Shown piece by piece: positions 38,218 to 52,500 of a DNA stretch of 64,000 bases (its first letter is position 1; each line of letters starts with the position of its first letter). Source of the stretch: Octopus vulgaris. Lineage: Eukaryota. The stretch lies in NCBI GenBank assembly GCA_951406725.2, contig OX597830.1:10106001-10170000 (forward strand), read 5' to 3'. A model generated the notes under the pieces. It saw nothing but the letters and a program-made list of their open reading frames with translations, did no database searches and was not told the origin of the DNA. Position numbers and translations under genes: made by a program.

Positions 38218-38556
38218 TATATAGAGAGATAGATAGATAAATATAGATATATATAGAGAGAGAGATAGATAGATAGATAAATATAGATATATATATAGAG
38301 AGAGATAGATAGATAGATAAATATAGATATATATATATAGAGAGAGAGATAGATAGATAAATATATATAGATATATATATAGATAGAGAGATAGATAGAT
38401 ATAGATATAGATATATATATAGAGAGAGAGAGATAGATAGATAAATATAGATATATATATAGAGAGAGATAGATAGATAGATAAATATAGATATATATAT
38501 ATATATAGAGAGAGAGAGATAGATAGATAAATATAGATATATATATAGAGAGAGAG

Positions 38557-38619
<63 letters not shown>

Positions 38620-38900
38620 TATATATAGAGAGATAGATAAATATAGATATATATATAGAGAGAGATAGATAGATAGATAAATATAGATATATATATATAG
38701 AGATATAGATATATATATATAGAGAGAGATAGATAGATAGATAAATATAGATATATATATATAGAGAGAGATATAGATATATATATAGAGAGAGATAGAT
38801 AGATAAATATAGATATATATAGAGGGAGAGATAGATAGATAAATATAGATATATATATATATATAGAGATACAGATAGCTAAATATAGATAGATATAAGT
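37990..38900. repeat. AGAT/AT/AG compound minisatellite (~30-38-bp units)
   Basis: Repeated gatagataaatatagatatatatatagagaga. Confidence 0.92.
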
Positions 38901-38924
38901 ATATATGCATACATAAATATTTGA

Positions 38925-39235
38925 AGGCACCTGGAGTATGGCGTCTCTTATTCAGCTCATCACCGGAAGATCGTGAATTCAATTCCTGATAGCGCATTAT
39001 ATCCTTCAGGAAGGAAATTTATTTCACGTTGCTCCAATCCATCCAGCTGGTAAAAATGAGCTATACTTCTAATTAAAAGGTCCCACCTTGTCACATTCAG
39101 TGAGTTAGGCTGAATCTCCCAATGTACTACGTCGAGGGCACGTTAAGGGACTGTGGAATACTCGGCCACTTGCGCGTTAATATCACGTGTAGGTTGCTCC
39201 GAACATCGGACCAACAGGAATTCTCGTCGTCGTAA
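38925..39235 (+). mobile_element. Diverged SINE with a D-like head and the family C type-1 tail
   Basis: gaattcaattcc B box, tttatttcacgttgctcca core, tail ending tcgtcgtcgtaac. Confidence 0.65.
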
Positions 39236-39289
39236 CAGTCAGAATACCAGTTCCCTCTCCTGACTTCTCTCTCTCTCTCTCTCATATAT

Positions 39290-39780
39290 ACACACACGCA
39301 TATATATACACACACATATATATGCACATATATATATACACATATATATGTAGATACATACATATATATACATATATACATATGTATACATATATATATA
39401 TACATATGTATACATATATATGCATATATATATATACATATGTATACATATATATATGATATATATATATATACATATGTATACATATGTATATGCATAT
39501 ATATATATACATATGTATACATATATATATGCATATATATATATATACATATGTATACATATGTATATGCATATATATATATACATATGTATACATATGT
39601 ATATGCATATATATATATACATATGTATACATATATATATGCATATATATATATATATACATATGTATACATATGTATATACATATATATATATACATAT
39701 GTATACATATGTATATGCATATATATATATACATATGTATACATATATATATACATATATACACACACACATATATACAT
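39290..39780. repeat. Minisatellite (~32-bp unit)
   Basis: Repeated atatatatacatatgtatacatatgtatatgc. Confidence 0.92.
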
Positions 39781-39983
39781 GCACTTCATTATTATTAAAG
39801 CTGCAAAAATATAAAAATGTCTGAAAAAACTGCAACTCAAGAACATCACTTTCCCGTTCGATGGACAGTTTAGATTAAGAATATTTTTTTGATGTTTCTC
39901 TAGTTTTAATAATAATAAAACATATTACTCTACCTCTGGTATTCGAGCACTATATAATCCCACCTTGTTTATGTGCCTACTTT

Positions 39984-40059
<76 letters not shown>

Positions 40060-40064
40060 TACAT

Positions 40065-40214
40065 AGGTGCAGGAGTGGCTGTGTGATAAGATGCTTGCTT
40101 CCTAGCCACATGGTTCCGAGTTCAGTTCCACTGCGGGGCACCTTCGGCGAGTGTCTACTGACATAGCCTCAGGTCGTTCGAAGCCTTGTGATTGGAAACT
40201 GAAAGAAGCCCGTC

Positions 40215-40252
<38 letters not shown>

Positions 40253-40400
40253 TGTGACTTTGTTTCTGTTAACACATCACCGCTTGAAAATCGGTGTTAA
40301 TACGTTTACGTCCTCGTGACTTAGCGGTTCGACACCAGGGGTCGATGGATTAAGTACGAGACTTCAAAAGAAAGTAAAATATAAATCCTGGGGTAGATTT
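40065..40400 (+). mobile_element. SINE family B, diverged
   Basis: gcaggagtggctgtgtg head, internal (TA)n(TG)n, 3' half. Confidence 0.82.
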
Positions 40401-41006
40401 ATAACAGAAAAGAATAATAGTAGTAGTAGGGGTGCGGTGTAGTAGTAGTAGTAGTAATAGTGGTGGTGACACTGGTAGTAGTAATATTAGTAGTGGATGG
40501 GGTTGGTAGTAGTAGTCGCAGTAGTAGTAGCGGTGGGGAGGTAGTGGTGCTGTTTTTGTTGGTGGTGTTTTTGTTGGTAGTAGTAGTAGTAGTAGTAAAG
40601 AGATAAATTAGGAGAGATATATTTGCAAATGGGATTTTTTGATACGTTCAGATGAATATGATGCGAGATTGGCGCCTCTTTCCATTGAAACAGAGGAGTT
40701 TTGCCTGTTCTGGAAGCAGACCACACTGCCTGCCTCCAACGCATGTCAAATTAAGACAAATATCTTAACAGACATTTCTACAGTCTTTGAATAACAAAAC
40801 AACCTGATGTAGAACAAGCTTCAATTGGATTTCTGCTACGTGCATGCATTTCACTTACAGTTATGCTTTGTGTGTGTGTGTGGGGGGTCTTTGAGTATCT
40901 GTGCGTGTTTGTGTATCTGTATAAATATGTACAACACATATATACACACACACACACATATATATATGCATCCTCAAATACGTGTATCTATGTATGTGTA
41001 TATATG

Positions 41007-41044
<38 letters not shown>

Positions 41045-41051
41045 GTATGCA

Positions 41052-41085
<34 letters not shown>

Positions 41086-41149
41086 CATATACACACATAT
41101 TCATATTTAAATGTTTATGAAACACCAAAAAAAACATACAAATGAAAAC

Positions 41150-41660
41150 ATGTATATATGTGTGTGTGCATTTGTATATCTATATATATGTATATAGATA
41201 CATATATATTGATATATATATACATATATATGTATATATATATATATGTATATATACATATATATATAGAGAGAGAGATATATATATATATGTACATATA
41301 TATATATGTATATATAGAGAGAGATATATATATTTATATATAGAGAGAGAGATATATATGTACATATATATATATATGTATATATAGAGAGAGATATATA
41401 TATTTATATATAGAGAGAGAGATATATATGTACATATATATATGTATATATATAGAGAGAGATATATATATTTATATATATAGAGAGAGAGATATATGTA
41501 CATATATATATGTATATATAGAGAGATATATATGTATATATATATATATAGATATAAATATATATGTACATATACATATGTATATATATATATAGATATA
41601 AATATATATGTACATATACATATGTATATATAGATAGATATAAATATATATAAACACATA
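41150..41660. repeat. TA/AG compound minisatellite
   Basis: Repeated tatatagagagagatatatatatttata and tatatgtacata units. Confidence 0.9.
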
Positions 41661-42519
41661 TATTGTATGTAGCTCTACACACAAACATACATACTCGCAC
41701 ACATACGGTGATAAACGCATAAAGCGGGTATAAATATTGACTGCAAAGATAATAAATACCGATATATACAAACTTCTACACATAACTATATACACATTGA
41801 TGCGATAAGAAATAACAAAACTGCTGGCCAATACTTAAAGTAAAAAACACACACACATTTCTACAGCAACGAACGCAAAATGTTATAAGAGTATTACAAC
41901 CATAATAACAATCACGACAATAGTAACAACATCAGCCACAATAACAATTACAGCATCGACAACTTCAGGAGCATCTCTAAATAATCTATACTTTGTATTA
42001 TCACTAAAATGAAAGAACTGCAACAAAATAACAGCTGTAAGCATAAAATAAACAACAGAAGTAGCAGTCACAGTTAGAATAACAACAACATATTAACAGA
42101 GGAACTTGCTTTAGACACTTAACAATCTTTAGTACTATTACTTAAGATTGTATAGAAATGGTTATGTTTTCGCTTTTTTTTTTTTCAACAATTTTAATGT
42201 CGGAAAATAGTAGGTGCGCGCACCTTCCGCATCCCCAACTCTTGCTCTCTCTCATTCTCTATGTGTGTACATAAGTGGTTGTTTGTTAAAATTGTTCACT
42301 GAGATACACTTGTTAAATATACAGTTTTAAAATAGTGAACAAGGGAGACTAACTCCACTGATGTGAACAGAAACTTCCAGATAGAATTAAGACAGCGAAC
42401 GCTCGTTCCTGTGATGCATGCTGGTACATGCTAAATGCGAAGACAGTCTCGTTTATCTTAATACAAAAATCGCAGAGTAAGGAATAAAATTTCTAATTCA
42501 CCGGCCACACACATACACA

Positions 42520-42920
42520 TACTCTTTTACTCTTTTACTAGTTTCAGTCATATGACTGCGGCAATGCTGGAGCACCGCCTTTAGTCGAGCAAATCGATCC
42601 CAGGACTTATTCTTGGTAAGCCTAGTACTTATTCTATCGGTTACTTTTGCCGAACCACTAGCTTACGGGGACGTAAACACACCAGCATCGGTTGTAAAGC
42701 GATGTTGGGGAGACAAACAGACACAAACACACACACATAAATATATATATATATATATATATACGACGGGCTTATTTCAGTTTCCGTCTACCACATCCAC
42801 TCACAAGGCTTTGGTCGGCTCGAGGCTATAGTAGAAGACACTTGCCCAATGTGCCACGCAGTGGGACTGAACCCGGAACCATGTGGTTGGTAAGAAAGCT
42901 ACTTACCACACAGCCACTCC
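42520..42920 (-). mobile_element. SINE family B, full length
   Basis: Reverse complement of the 34036-34470 layout. Confidence 0.92.
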
Positions 42921-43159
42921 GTTAAATGTAATTGTTAAATGTACAAATAAACGGTGGACAGCAAGTTACGTCCTTCTGATGTGCACAGGCAGGTTTGAAA
43001 TACACTTGTTAAACATGCTGCGGATTAGTTCACCAGATATACAGTGTAATTGGCACTCCGTCGGTGACGACGACGAGTGTTCCAGTTAATCCGATAAACC
43101 GAAGAACCTGCACGTGAAATTAACGTGCACGTGGCTGAGCACTCCACAAGCACGTGTAC

Positions 43160-43234
43160 GAAGAACATTCTTGTGAAGTTGAACATATCTGGCCACCACA
43201 GTTCCCAGATCTCAATATTATTGAACAGTTATGG
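43160..43234 (+). mobile_element. Tc1-like transposase fragment
   Basis: EEHSCEVEHIWPPQFPDLNIIEQLW matches WPPQSPDLNPIE.LW. Confidence 0.8.
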
Positions 43235-43242
43235 TTCAATAA

Positions 43243-43278
<36 letters not shown>

Positions 43279-43529
43279 TGTATGTATGTATGCATGCATG
43301 CATGCATGTGTGTGTGTGTGTGTATGTGTGTCTGTGTTTGTCCCCCCAACATCACTTGACAACCGATCTTGCTGTATTTACGTCCCCGTAACTTAGCGAT
43401 TCGGCAAAAGAGAGCGAATAAATAAGTACTAGGCTTACAAAGAATAAACTCTGGGATCGATTTATTCGACTAACGTAGGGGCTACAGCATCATGGCCGCA
43501 GTCAAATGGCTGAAACAAATAAAATAGAA

Positions 43530-43594
<65 letters not shown>

Positions 43595-44014
43595 CCGTAT
43601 GCAATGTGTTGCCAAAAGGAAAACTCTAATTTTCACTAAACATGACAAGGGTGTAAGAACATCTATAGGCCTTCGGTCAGTCCAGGGCGACAGCAGAAAA
43701 TAATTGTCTAACGTACCACCACAGAGTGGTACAGAACCCAGGATCATGTGGCTGGGAAGGGAAATATTTGATCTCATAACCAACACATATTGAAACACGG
43801 CAGCTCTTGTCCGTCCTTTATCTTCTGGCCATCGACCAATTGTAGACACAGAAGTATGATAACATAGTTATGCCTACAAGCATCTCTACTTATATTCTAT
43901 AAGAAGACGGTGAATTGCATCGAATACAGTATATCTGTAGTGGTATATCCTTTGATATACCACTAAACGTTACCAATATATATATGTGTGTGTGTGTGTG
44001 TGTATGTGTGTGTA

Positions 44015-44317
44015 GAGGCGCAATAGCCCAGGGTTTAGCGCAGCGGACTCGCGGTCGGAGAATCGCGGTTTCGATTCCCAGACCGGGCGTTTTATGTGTT
44101 TATTGAGCGAAAACACCTAAAAGCTCCACGAGGTTCCGGTAGCGGGTGGTGGCGACCTCTGCTGTACTCTTTCGCCACAACTTTCTCTCACTCTTTCTTC
44201 CTGTTTCGTTAGTAACGCTGCGATGGACTGGCGTCCCGTCCAGCTGGGAAGGAACATATACTCCACAGAAACCGGGGAACTGGGCCCATGAGCCAGGCTA
44301 GGCTTGAAAAGGGCAAC

Positions 44318-44320
<3 letters not shown>
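44015..44320 (+). mobile_element. SINE family C, tail type 2
   Basis: C head and body to ctttcttcctgtttc, then gcgatggactggcgtcccgtccag...cagaaaccggg. Confidence 0.85.
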
Positions 44321-44352
<32 letters not shown>

Positions 44353-46429
44353 AAAATCCTTTATAAACAAACGTAGAAGCGCTGAGCTACTTACTTTACA
44401 GAAAATAAAGGAAACTCGAATGCAGAATAGCTGTAAAAACAATTTAGAAAATCGGGTAGAAACCCTAGAAAACGGGAAAGAGTAGCCCGTGCCTCTCAAA
44501 TTCCGGCTGAAAGCTCTGTACCTTTATGCAATCTCTGATTAAGTATAACTATATGCGTGTGTTTGTGTGTGTGTACATTTTATTTAGTCAGCCGTGGTCA
44601 TACACGTTTAACGGGTCGACATCTATCATGCGTGCATGCATATATGCATATATGTACTGTTTTGTATACATGTATGTATGTTTGTTTTTATACATGTATG
44701 TATGCATGCATTTGTGTATATTTATTTGTATGTATGTCTGCATTTATGTATGTATGGATGCGCCAGTTCAGTGAATAAGCAGAACTGTTAGATATTGCTT
44801 TGCAGTATTGCATCCAATTCTCAAACCTGACCTCCTGCTGTCGAAAAAAAACAAACAAACAAACTTCAAAGCGTAAGACTTATGTCAGAAGTTGTAATCG
44901 ACGGTTAGAATCAGCAATGGAATTAGAGCTCCCTTGGGTTGATCGAAAGATCGACTGCCGACACCATATTCCATGATGCAGCATGGCTACGAAAGAGAAC
45001 ACTGCTGACATATTGGTAATTTAATAATAGACTTTTAGGTTTTTGCTTAAAAATGTTAAACTGTGCACCAACCACCAAGTTTGATATATATTTTTTTAAG
45101 TATATCTGCAAGACACATTTGCTTGGATAAACCTGGTTATCATGCAGGGTGGGCTGATTGAGTATTCGCTGAGTAAGGGCAAAGGAGAGCAGCAACAACA
45201 ACAACAAGAAGAATAACAATAACAAAATTGCCAGTAACAACAACCATGTTCTTGTGAAACTCTTTCAAAGATGCGAACTGTGCAGTAAAGATGGAAAACT
45301 GTTGTAAAGCGATAGATGCAACCGTATATTCTACAGTTTAAATCAGTAGACTATATCAAATGCAGTCTGCTGATGTCAAAAAAAAAATTGTTGATAACAG
45401 AAATATGCAGACTGAACAAATGCAAGGTACAGAAGACGAAAGCTGCAATAAGATGAAATGAGAAACAGTCGGCTCTGTTGCACCATTAGCAACTGCAACT
45501 ATGTCAGCCATTACAATTTTGAAATGAAACATTCATAAGTAGATGTTGGCATGACAACAAATTGAACGAGCTGCATCTATGTACGGTAGCTGTGTTTTAG
45601 TAGCAGGTGTTATGCGGAGTCTGCAATAATTATACTGCACATTCAGCAAGGACTTGCAACGTCGTTCTTCTCTTAGTGCATTAACCATAGTAACCGAGTG
45701 ATAGTGATTGATGCAGCCGTTGCAATGCACAGTGTGCAGCAAGAGTTATCGATGCTAGAGTCTCTGTGTAATGTTATTGGCAACTACAGTTGCAACACGA
45801 TTTTGCAAGTGATGCAGTTGTAGCAGTAAAGCTACCAACAAACAGAGATGTTATTATTACCAACCAGAGTAGATATTACCATAGCAACAGCAAGCAGCTG
45901 CAGTGACAGTGGCCAGGGCTAATCCTATCTCTCCATTGCGGTTTCAAATCCCGTCGGTTCAACAGTATTCTTTATTACCCCCGTTGTAACTTTTATGAAT
46001 AAAGACTAAAGATATTCTCAGTAGTAACAATTCACTGCAACCTTCTGGTTAGCCAAAATACCTGTCATATACTGGGGTACAACAGTCCACTTTGTGCCTT
46101 CTGGCAAAATAAATGCACACATTTCATCGAAGCTCTTCCAATTATGGTCTCCCTTCTAGTTCAGGGTGTTTAGCCCCAGGTCAAGCAGACTAATGTTGCT
46201 GTTGCAATTTTTGTTTATCCTCAGGCTGGCCGTGATCCAAAGCTCTCCAGATGTGGCCAGCTCGTCTTTAATTCAGACATGGTATATGCAAGACTAAATT
46301 ATTTAACATGTTCTAAATGTGTCCATGTTAGAGTGTGATATAAGACAAATTCGGCTGTTATTTCTAGCACGACAAATGACCACATAGAGTTTCCTTGTTG
46401 GCATATTTTGGGAAATACTTGGCAGATGT

Positions 46430-47160
46430 GGTCACGGTTGTTATTGTTGTTGTGGTGGTGGTGGTGAGATGGTCTCGGTGGTAGTGGTGAGGCTGTTTGT
46501 GACTATCGGGGTGATGGTTATAATTGTGGTGGTTGGAAGTGGTCGGGGTGGTGGTGGAGATGGCGACGGTGGCAGCTGTGGTGGAGGAGGAGATGGTGGC
46601 GACGGTGGCGGAGGTAGTGTTGGTGGTGGTGGTGGTGGCTGAGGTAGTGGTGGCAGTGATGGTGGTAGTGGTAAGAATCGTGTTGCGGTGGTGGTGCTGG
46701 TGGAGGTAGCTTATATAGTGGTGATGGTAGTGGTGGTAGTTAAATTGTTTCGGTTGTGGTTTTGGTGGTGGCGATTGTGGTTGTGGTGTTAGTAGCGTTG
46801 ATAGTGCTGGTTGTAGTTATAGTTGTTGTGGGGTTAGTAATAGCGGCGGTGATAAGTGTCAAGGAGGGAATAGTAGTGGAAGTAGGGGGAGGGGAGTGTT
46901 ACTGCTGTCGTGGTGGTGGTGGTGGTGGTGGCGGAGATGATGGTGGTGTCATTATGGTGGTTGTGGTATTGCAGCTATGGTCGTGGGGGAAATGTTATCA
47001 TGGTGCTGTAGTTGTCTTCTTCTTTACCTTCTTCTTTACTTTCTTCTTCTTTACCTTCTTCTTTACCTTCTTCTTCTTTACCTTCTTCTTCTTTCCTTCT
47101 TCTTCTTTACCTTCTTCTTCTTCTTTATCTTCTTCTTCTTTCCTTCTTCTTCTTCTTCTT
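46430..47160. repeat. Degenerate (GGT)n tract followed by (CTT)n/(CTTTAC) repeat
   Basis: Direct inspection. Confidence 0.9.
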
Positions 47161-47161
47161 C

Positions 47162-47610
47162 CGATCAGGAATCACGCCATTAGCCACAAAGAATAATCTC
47201 TAATTCGAGCCTACCCTCAGCTACTAAGAATACGTCTGGCAACTTGAAGATCCACCCACCACACGTGATAGAGTGGCGGTTACACGGGTGCGAAAGCTAC
47301 GTTGTTATCCTCATTCCGTAAACGATGGCTTTTAACAGGTGGAGAGCTGAACCATCCTGGGGTACAGAGGATTCGCAATCTAGACTAGGGTCTGAAAGTA
47401 GGTTACACCATGGTTCCTCTGCCTTGTGGCAGAAGTAGGAAGAAAGAGTGAGAGAATGTTGTGGTGAAAGAGTGCAGCGGGGTTCATCACCAGCCTCGCG
47501 GGGCTTAGGTGTTTTTGCTCAATAAACACTCACAATACCCGGTCTGGGAATCGAAACCGCGTTCTTGCGACTGCGAGTCCGCTGCCCTAACTACTGGGCC
47601 ATTGTGCCTC
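47162..47610 (-). mobile_element. SINE family C head joined to a third 3' segment ending in (GAA)n
   Basis: Head 47610->47430, then ~270 bp unrelated to tails 1 and 2, then (GAA)n. Confidence 0.6.
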
Positions 47611-47730
47611 CACTGTTGTTGCTGTTGCGGTGATGGTGATGGTGGTAGTGATGGTGGTGGTGGGAGTTAGTAGTGGTAGTAGTAGTAGTTGTGAAGTTAG
47701 AAGTAGTCGTGGTGGACGTGCTGGTAGTGT

Positions 47731-47768
<38 letters not shown>

Positions 47769-49337
47769 TTGGTTTAAAAACCACATGACTAATAAAAACA
47801 ACCTTAACTGCAATCAATGTCAGTATCGATTGTTGTTCCGTTGTTCTTGTTTAGCCCCAGGAAAGACTTAATCCAGATGTTTAATCAAGTAGTCTCATCC
47901 GTGACCGTCCCCTCCGCTCCACAGTATTTAGAACAATGTTACTTTTCTATTTTAAGAGAAGAGGTACGATATGAATGGCATTTGACTGCTATTTCTAGCA
48001 AGTTAGGCTAAAGACGCTCTCATTGACTCAGATCAACCTCCATCATAACATACTCCAACTAGTTTAAAAATAAAGTGGAGCGGGTCACGGCTGGAATGAT
48101 GTAGATAAGTGATAAGCGTATTGGATCAGGACAGACCTAGGGCTACGTAGTCCTCTTCCTCCGCCTCCAATGTTTCTCTTCCTCCTCCTCCTCCTACTAC
48201 TACTACTACCTACCATTACTCCTACTCCGAAGAACACAAGGTCAGCTTAGCTTTTCCTCCTTCTGTGATCGATAAATAAAGTACCTGTTTTGGGCAGTGA
48301 TTGGTTTGAGCGTTCGGCAGGCTACTTTGAGCTGTTAGTTAATTGTTCCAGTTCAATAAGTTATGAGTTCAAATCCTACCATAGCCTGCGTGCGGAGTGG
48401 ACCTAATCTGTCATCCGGTTTAATAGCAGCTCTTCACACTTTGTGTGCCTTAAGTGGGGCGCACTCGGTCACAAATATTCATGTTAGGGTTCCAGCTTGA
48501 GGACAACTTCCTCGTTTTTCTCTCTCTCTCTCTCTCTCTCTCACTAGAATTGAGGTCCCTGCGAAGTGTTATGTGCACACCTAATTCTTGGCTCAAAGAA
48601 AAATATTACTAAATTATGTAAGCTTTTAAAATTTCAAAACCTTCAACCAATATGTTACATTAGAGAGTGTGGTTGCTTTATTGAGCTAATATATTTTCAT
48701 ATGATGTCGCGTGGCGTAGTAGTTCGAGTGTTGGGCTCTCGATTATAAGGTCAGGCGTTCGATTCCGCAACCGGGTGGTACGTTGTGTTCTTACGCAAGA
48801 CATAATTTTACGTTTGTCCTATGTGATCTGTAAAAAAATAATGCTTGCTAATGAGTGATGCTCTCTACTCCTCACCCCAGCGTACACATTCATGCCATCA
48901 CGTGTGCCGCGCTCTGCAACCCACACCACTCACCAGCTGCCACATCCATGATGCTTCACCAGGTCCGTAATTAAAAGAGCGTGTTTAGACCGCTTCTGAC
49001 TACATAAGCACCTAAAACAATGAAAGAATGATAAGAGGGCTGACAGACCTCACTCGCTTGCGAGTGACGGCTAAAATATACTTTTGCACTGTTAAGAACA
49101 TGATCACTTGTTGGATGTTAATAGAAAATAGTATCTAAAACATATAAAGATAAAATCGTAAATTTTCTTTTTCGCTTTCATTTTAATTTCCTTTTCAACA
49201 TGTGGAAGAAATACTGTGCATATTTCCTTCACAAGATGTCCAAAATAGGAGGATCAGGAAGAAATCTAAACTGTATTCTAACTTGTTGGTCCTTATCGGG
49301 TAAAACGAACAAGAACTTCCTGAAATCAATTAAAATA

Positions 49338-49836
49338 CACTAGAACCTCACGGTACGAGTGCCTCATTGTACGAGTAATTTGCTGTACGAGCCGAGACCC
49401 TTACGAATTTATGTCTTGAAGTACGAGCGGAAATCCGCAGTACGAGCACACAGATCGTCCCCTCTTTAAGGTAATTCAGTTAATAAAACCAGTTTACATA
49501 TTTCTTTTGTATTCTCTTTTTTCATAACCATCATTTTACTTGTAACTACAACTTTTCTGTTTTAAAACCCATAAAAAAAATATTTTTGAGTGGGTTTTCG
49601 AGGGCTGGAACGGAGTAATTATATTTTTAGTCGTGGTGAAAATTGTTGTGGGGTTAGTAATGGCGGCGGTGATAGTCTCAAGGAGGGAATAGTAGTGGAA
49701 GTAGGGGTAGGAGTGTGTTACTGCTGTCGTGGTGGTGGTGGTGATGATGGTGGTGGAAATTGATTTGTAAAACGAGTAAATCTTAAGACGAGCTCGGTCA
49801 TGGAAGGAATTGAACTCGTACTGCGAGGTATCACTG
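49338..49836. mobile_element. pogo/Tigger-like MITE with a captured insert
   Basis: TA-flanked TIRs cactagaacctcacggtacgagt and actcgtactgcgaggtatcactg; gtacgag subterminal repeats; insert 49643-49756. Confidence 0.82.
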
Positions 49837-49924
49837 TACTAACACTTGTATACACAGCTTTAAGGAAAGATAAAAAAAAACCAAAAAAAAAAAGAGAAAA
49901 CAACAGAAAACGAATATGTGAGCA

Positions 49925-50320
49925 TAGGTATAGCTGTGTGGTTAAGAAGTTCACTTTGTAACCACGTAGTTTTAGGTTCAGTCCCACTACGCGGTACCTT
50001 TGGCCAAAGTCTTCTGTTAGTCCCCGATTATATCAAATGACTCGTGAGTGAATTTACTGAACGGAAACTGTGCGGAAGCTCGACATATATTAGGTGGGGG
50101 TCTATCTGTGTCTCTGTGCATGTGGAAGAGTTTCTTTGTATATGTTCTCCCAGCGATTCCCCACCGGTGTTGGCTTGTTTACCTCCCTGCGTCTTTGTAG
50201 TTCGGTGAAAAAAACCGATAGAGTTAGTACCTGGCTTCAAAAAGTAAAGTTCCCGGGACAACTGGATTGACAAAATCTTTCAGTGTCCCAGCATGGCCAC
50301 AGTTCTTTGACTGAAACAAA
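49925..50320 (+). mobile_element. SINE family B, diverged
   Basis: gctgtgtgg head, ggttcagtccc B box, 3' half to ctgaaaca. Confidence 0.75.
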
Positions 50321-50343
50321 TCTATATATAAAAAAGTTAAGTA

Positions 50344-50408
50344 CAGTAGTCCCTCGACACATCAGTTTTGCATTTACAATAATATATATATATATATACA
50401 ATAATATT

Positions 50409-50442
<34 letters not shown>

Positions 50443-50855
50443 AATTATAAAAATAATTAAATATATATATATATATTTCTTATATAAGTTCAGTAAAAAT
50501 TTAGATTCAGTTGAATATGGTACTTAAGTTAAAGGCACCAGAATTATATATTATCTATATAGTTCAAAATGGGGTGATTATAATCAAAATAAGGAGCAAG
50601 GATATCCAGAGGTAATGCAGTACGATTCTGTCAAGCAACTCCATTTAATTGAACAATACTTGCATTGTTCAATTAAATGGAGTCGCATGAAACGATCGTA
50701 CTGCATTACCTCTGGATATCCTTGCTTCTTATTTTGATATATATATACGCATGTATGTATGTATACGCACACACACACAATATAGTACTTCGCGAATTTT
50801 CCCCTATCTCGGGAGATTCTGGAGCGTAACCCCCGCAATAGTCGAGGAATTACTG
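50344..50855. mobile_element. pogo/Tigger-like MITE (same TIR type as 19365-19599) with nested microsatellite and fold-back
   Basis: TA-cagtagtccctcgac ... gtcgaggaattactg-TA. Confidence 0.78.
50583..50738. repeat. Fold-back palindrome (~75-bp arms, 6-nt loop) with a hammerhead 3' half
   Basis: 50583-50657 vs 50664-50738; GAAAC GATC GTA ctgcatt at 50689-50707. Confidence 0.88.
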
Positions 50856-50966
50856 TAGATACTGCTTTGTCCATAACACAGCTGGAATTGATTTTTCCAT
50901 GGCGTTGATACTAGAGCTACTTATCTTTAAGGAATATGCCGTATTATTTCCTGGAATGGATGAAAT

Positions 50967-51269
50967 CAGTGGCGGACTGGTTAGGTTGCCAACTTTCCCG
51001 ATGGCAAATGTGCCCCTGCGCCATTAGAATCCATACATGGGTGCCCATGTTAGTATCTAAGGGGCCTGTCCCTTCAAGCTTGATAATTTTTTATTTACTC
51101 TTGGAAGAATGCATTATTTCATCCTGGTTGTGTTTGTAGACAGTCGAAAAGAATACTTTTAACAAAAAAAAAAAAATAATAATAAATGATAGCATTGTTG
51201 TTGCAGGTGGACCTCCCTGTAGTTGTGAGGGGCCCCCTTAGTCTCCTGGCAACACGCAGTCCGCCTCTG
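50967..51269. mobile_element. hAT-superfamily MITE
   Basis: TIRs cagtggcggactg and cagtccgcctctg; perfect 8-bp TSD gatgaaat at 50959-50966 and 51270-51277. Confidence 0.92.
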
Positions 51270-52184
51270 GATGAAATGTACCGTATAAATTTTAATATAA
51301 TCATGAAGTCTTCCACTGTTGGTTAGGTATCTTGGCTGGAATGGCAAGTAACTGAACCATACTGAAATATCAAGATTTCGCCACCAGAAATATGCACGTA
51401 TGGATGTTCTCTATCTCTGCTTACTTTATAATATATTTTGACTTACTTTACCAACTTAGTAGCCAGGTAGTTTTAACCACGTTGTTTTAACAATTGCCCT
51501 TTAAATCTTAAGAGCAGAGTCTTGCAGATTTGCATTCCGTCCTCAAGATCCCATTGCTTGCTTCAGCCGGGTTAGTATGTAACCTGTTGCTCCACCAAGA
51601 GGTATTATGCTAAATGTGTACCTTGGGTATTGGATTTGAACACTCTTTATCAATGGTGCAAAGAGAATCCTATGTGTGCGTATATGTGTGTGTGTATGTA
51701 TGCATGTATGTCGTGGATAGAAGGTTAAACTATATCCGGTTATCAAACTCTTGTTGGGGAGTTTCACAGTTTTGAGGAGGACGGAACCACCACTTAACCA
51801 TAATTGTTTTCAGGTGTATTCTGACCCAGAGTACTAACACCTGCTACGGTTCCAGTTCTGGGTTAATTAGCCTATGTTAATTGCCAGTGTGAATGTGAAG
51901 ACTGGATCCTGGAGACTCTGAAGAATAAATCTTCATAGTGCAATGGTGGAGAAGACGTTTGCAGCAACTCATTGTAGAATGCAGAGAGCAAGATGCGGCA
52001 AGTAAGACATCTTGGTCATGCTCTGCATCCGTCTTCATCTCCGGTAGATTTGATCTGGTTCTGTCACTGGATTGAAGATGGTCACGGACGAGAGAGTTAA
52101 GTTGAATGTGTGTTATTCTTCACTTTAAACAAAGTTACCACACAGGTCATCAAAGTTCAGGATGACTAGATGATCCTCACCGCT

Positions 52185-52500
52185 CCTATCTGTCTATATA
52201 TCTGTCTGTCTGTCTTTTTATCTATCTGTCTATCTGTCTTTCTATCTATCTGTCTGTCTTTTTATCTATCTATCTGTCTGTCTGTCTATCTATCTATGTC
52301 TGTCTGTCTGTCTATTTATGTCTGTCTATTTATGTCTGTCTATTTATCTGTCTGTCTATTTATCTATCTGTCTATCTGTCTATCTATCTTTATCTCTGTC
52401 TGTCTGTCTCTCTCTAACTATCTATCTGTTTATTTATGTATGTATCTATCTATTTATGTATGTATCTATCATCTCTCTCTCCTCTCTCTCTCTCCCTCTC
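52185..52500. repeat. (TCTG/TCTA)n compound microsatellite
   Basis: Direct inspection. Confidence 0.9.

Noticed and set aside
37960-39849. 345, 269 and 240 aa minus-strand ORFs
   Set aside because: Same artefact from AGAT/TA and TA/CA minisatellites.
46524-47203. Hydrophobic or transmembrane-looking ORFs
   Set aside because: Products of (GGT)n and (CTT)n low-complexity DNA.
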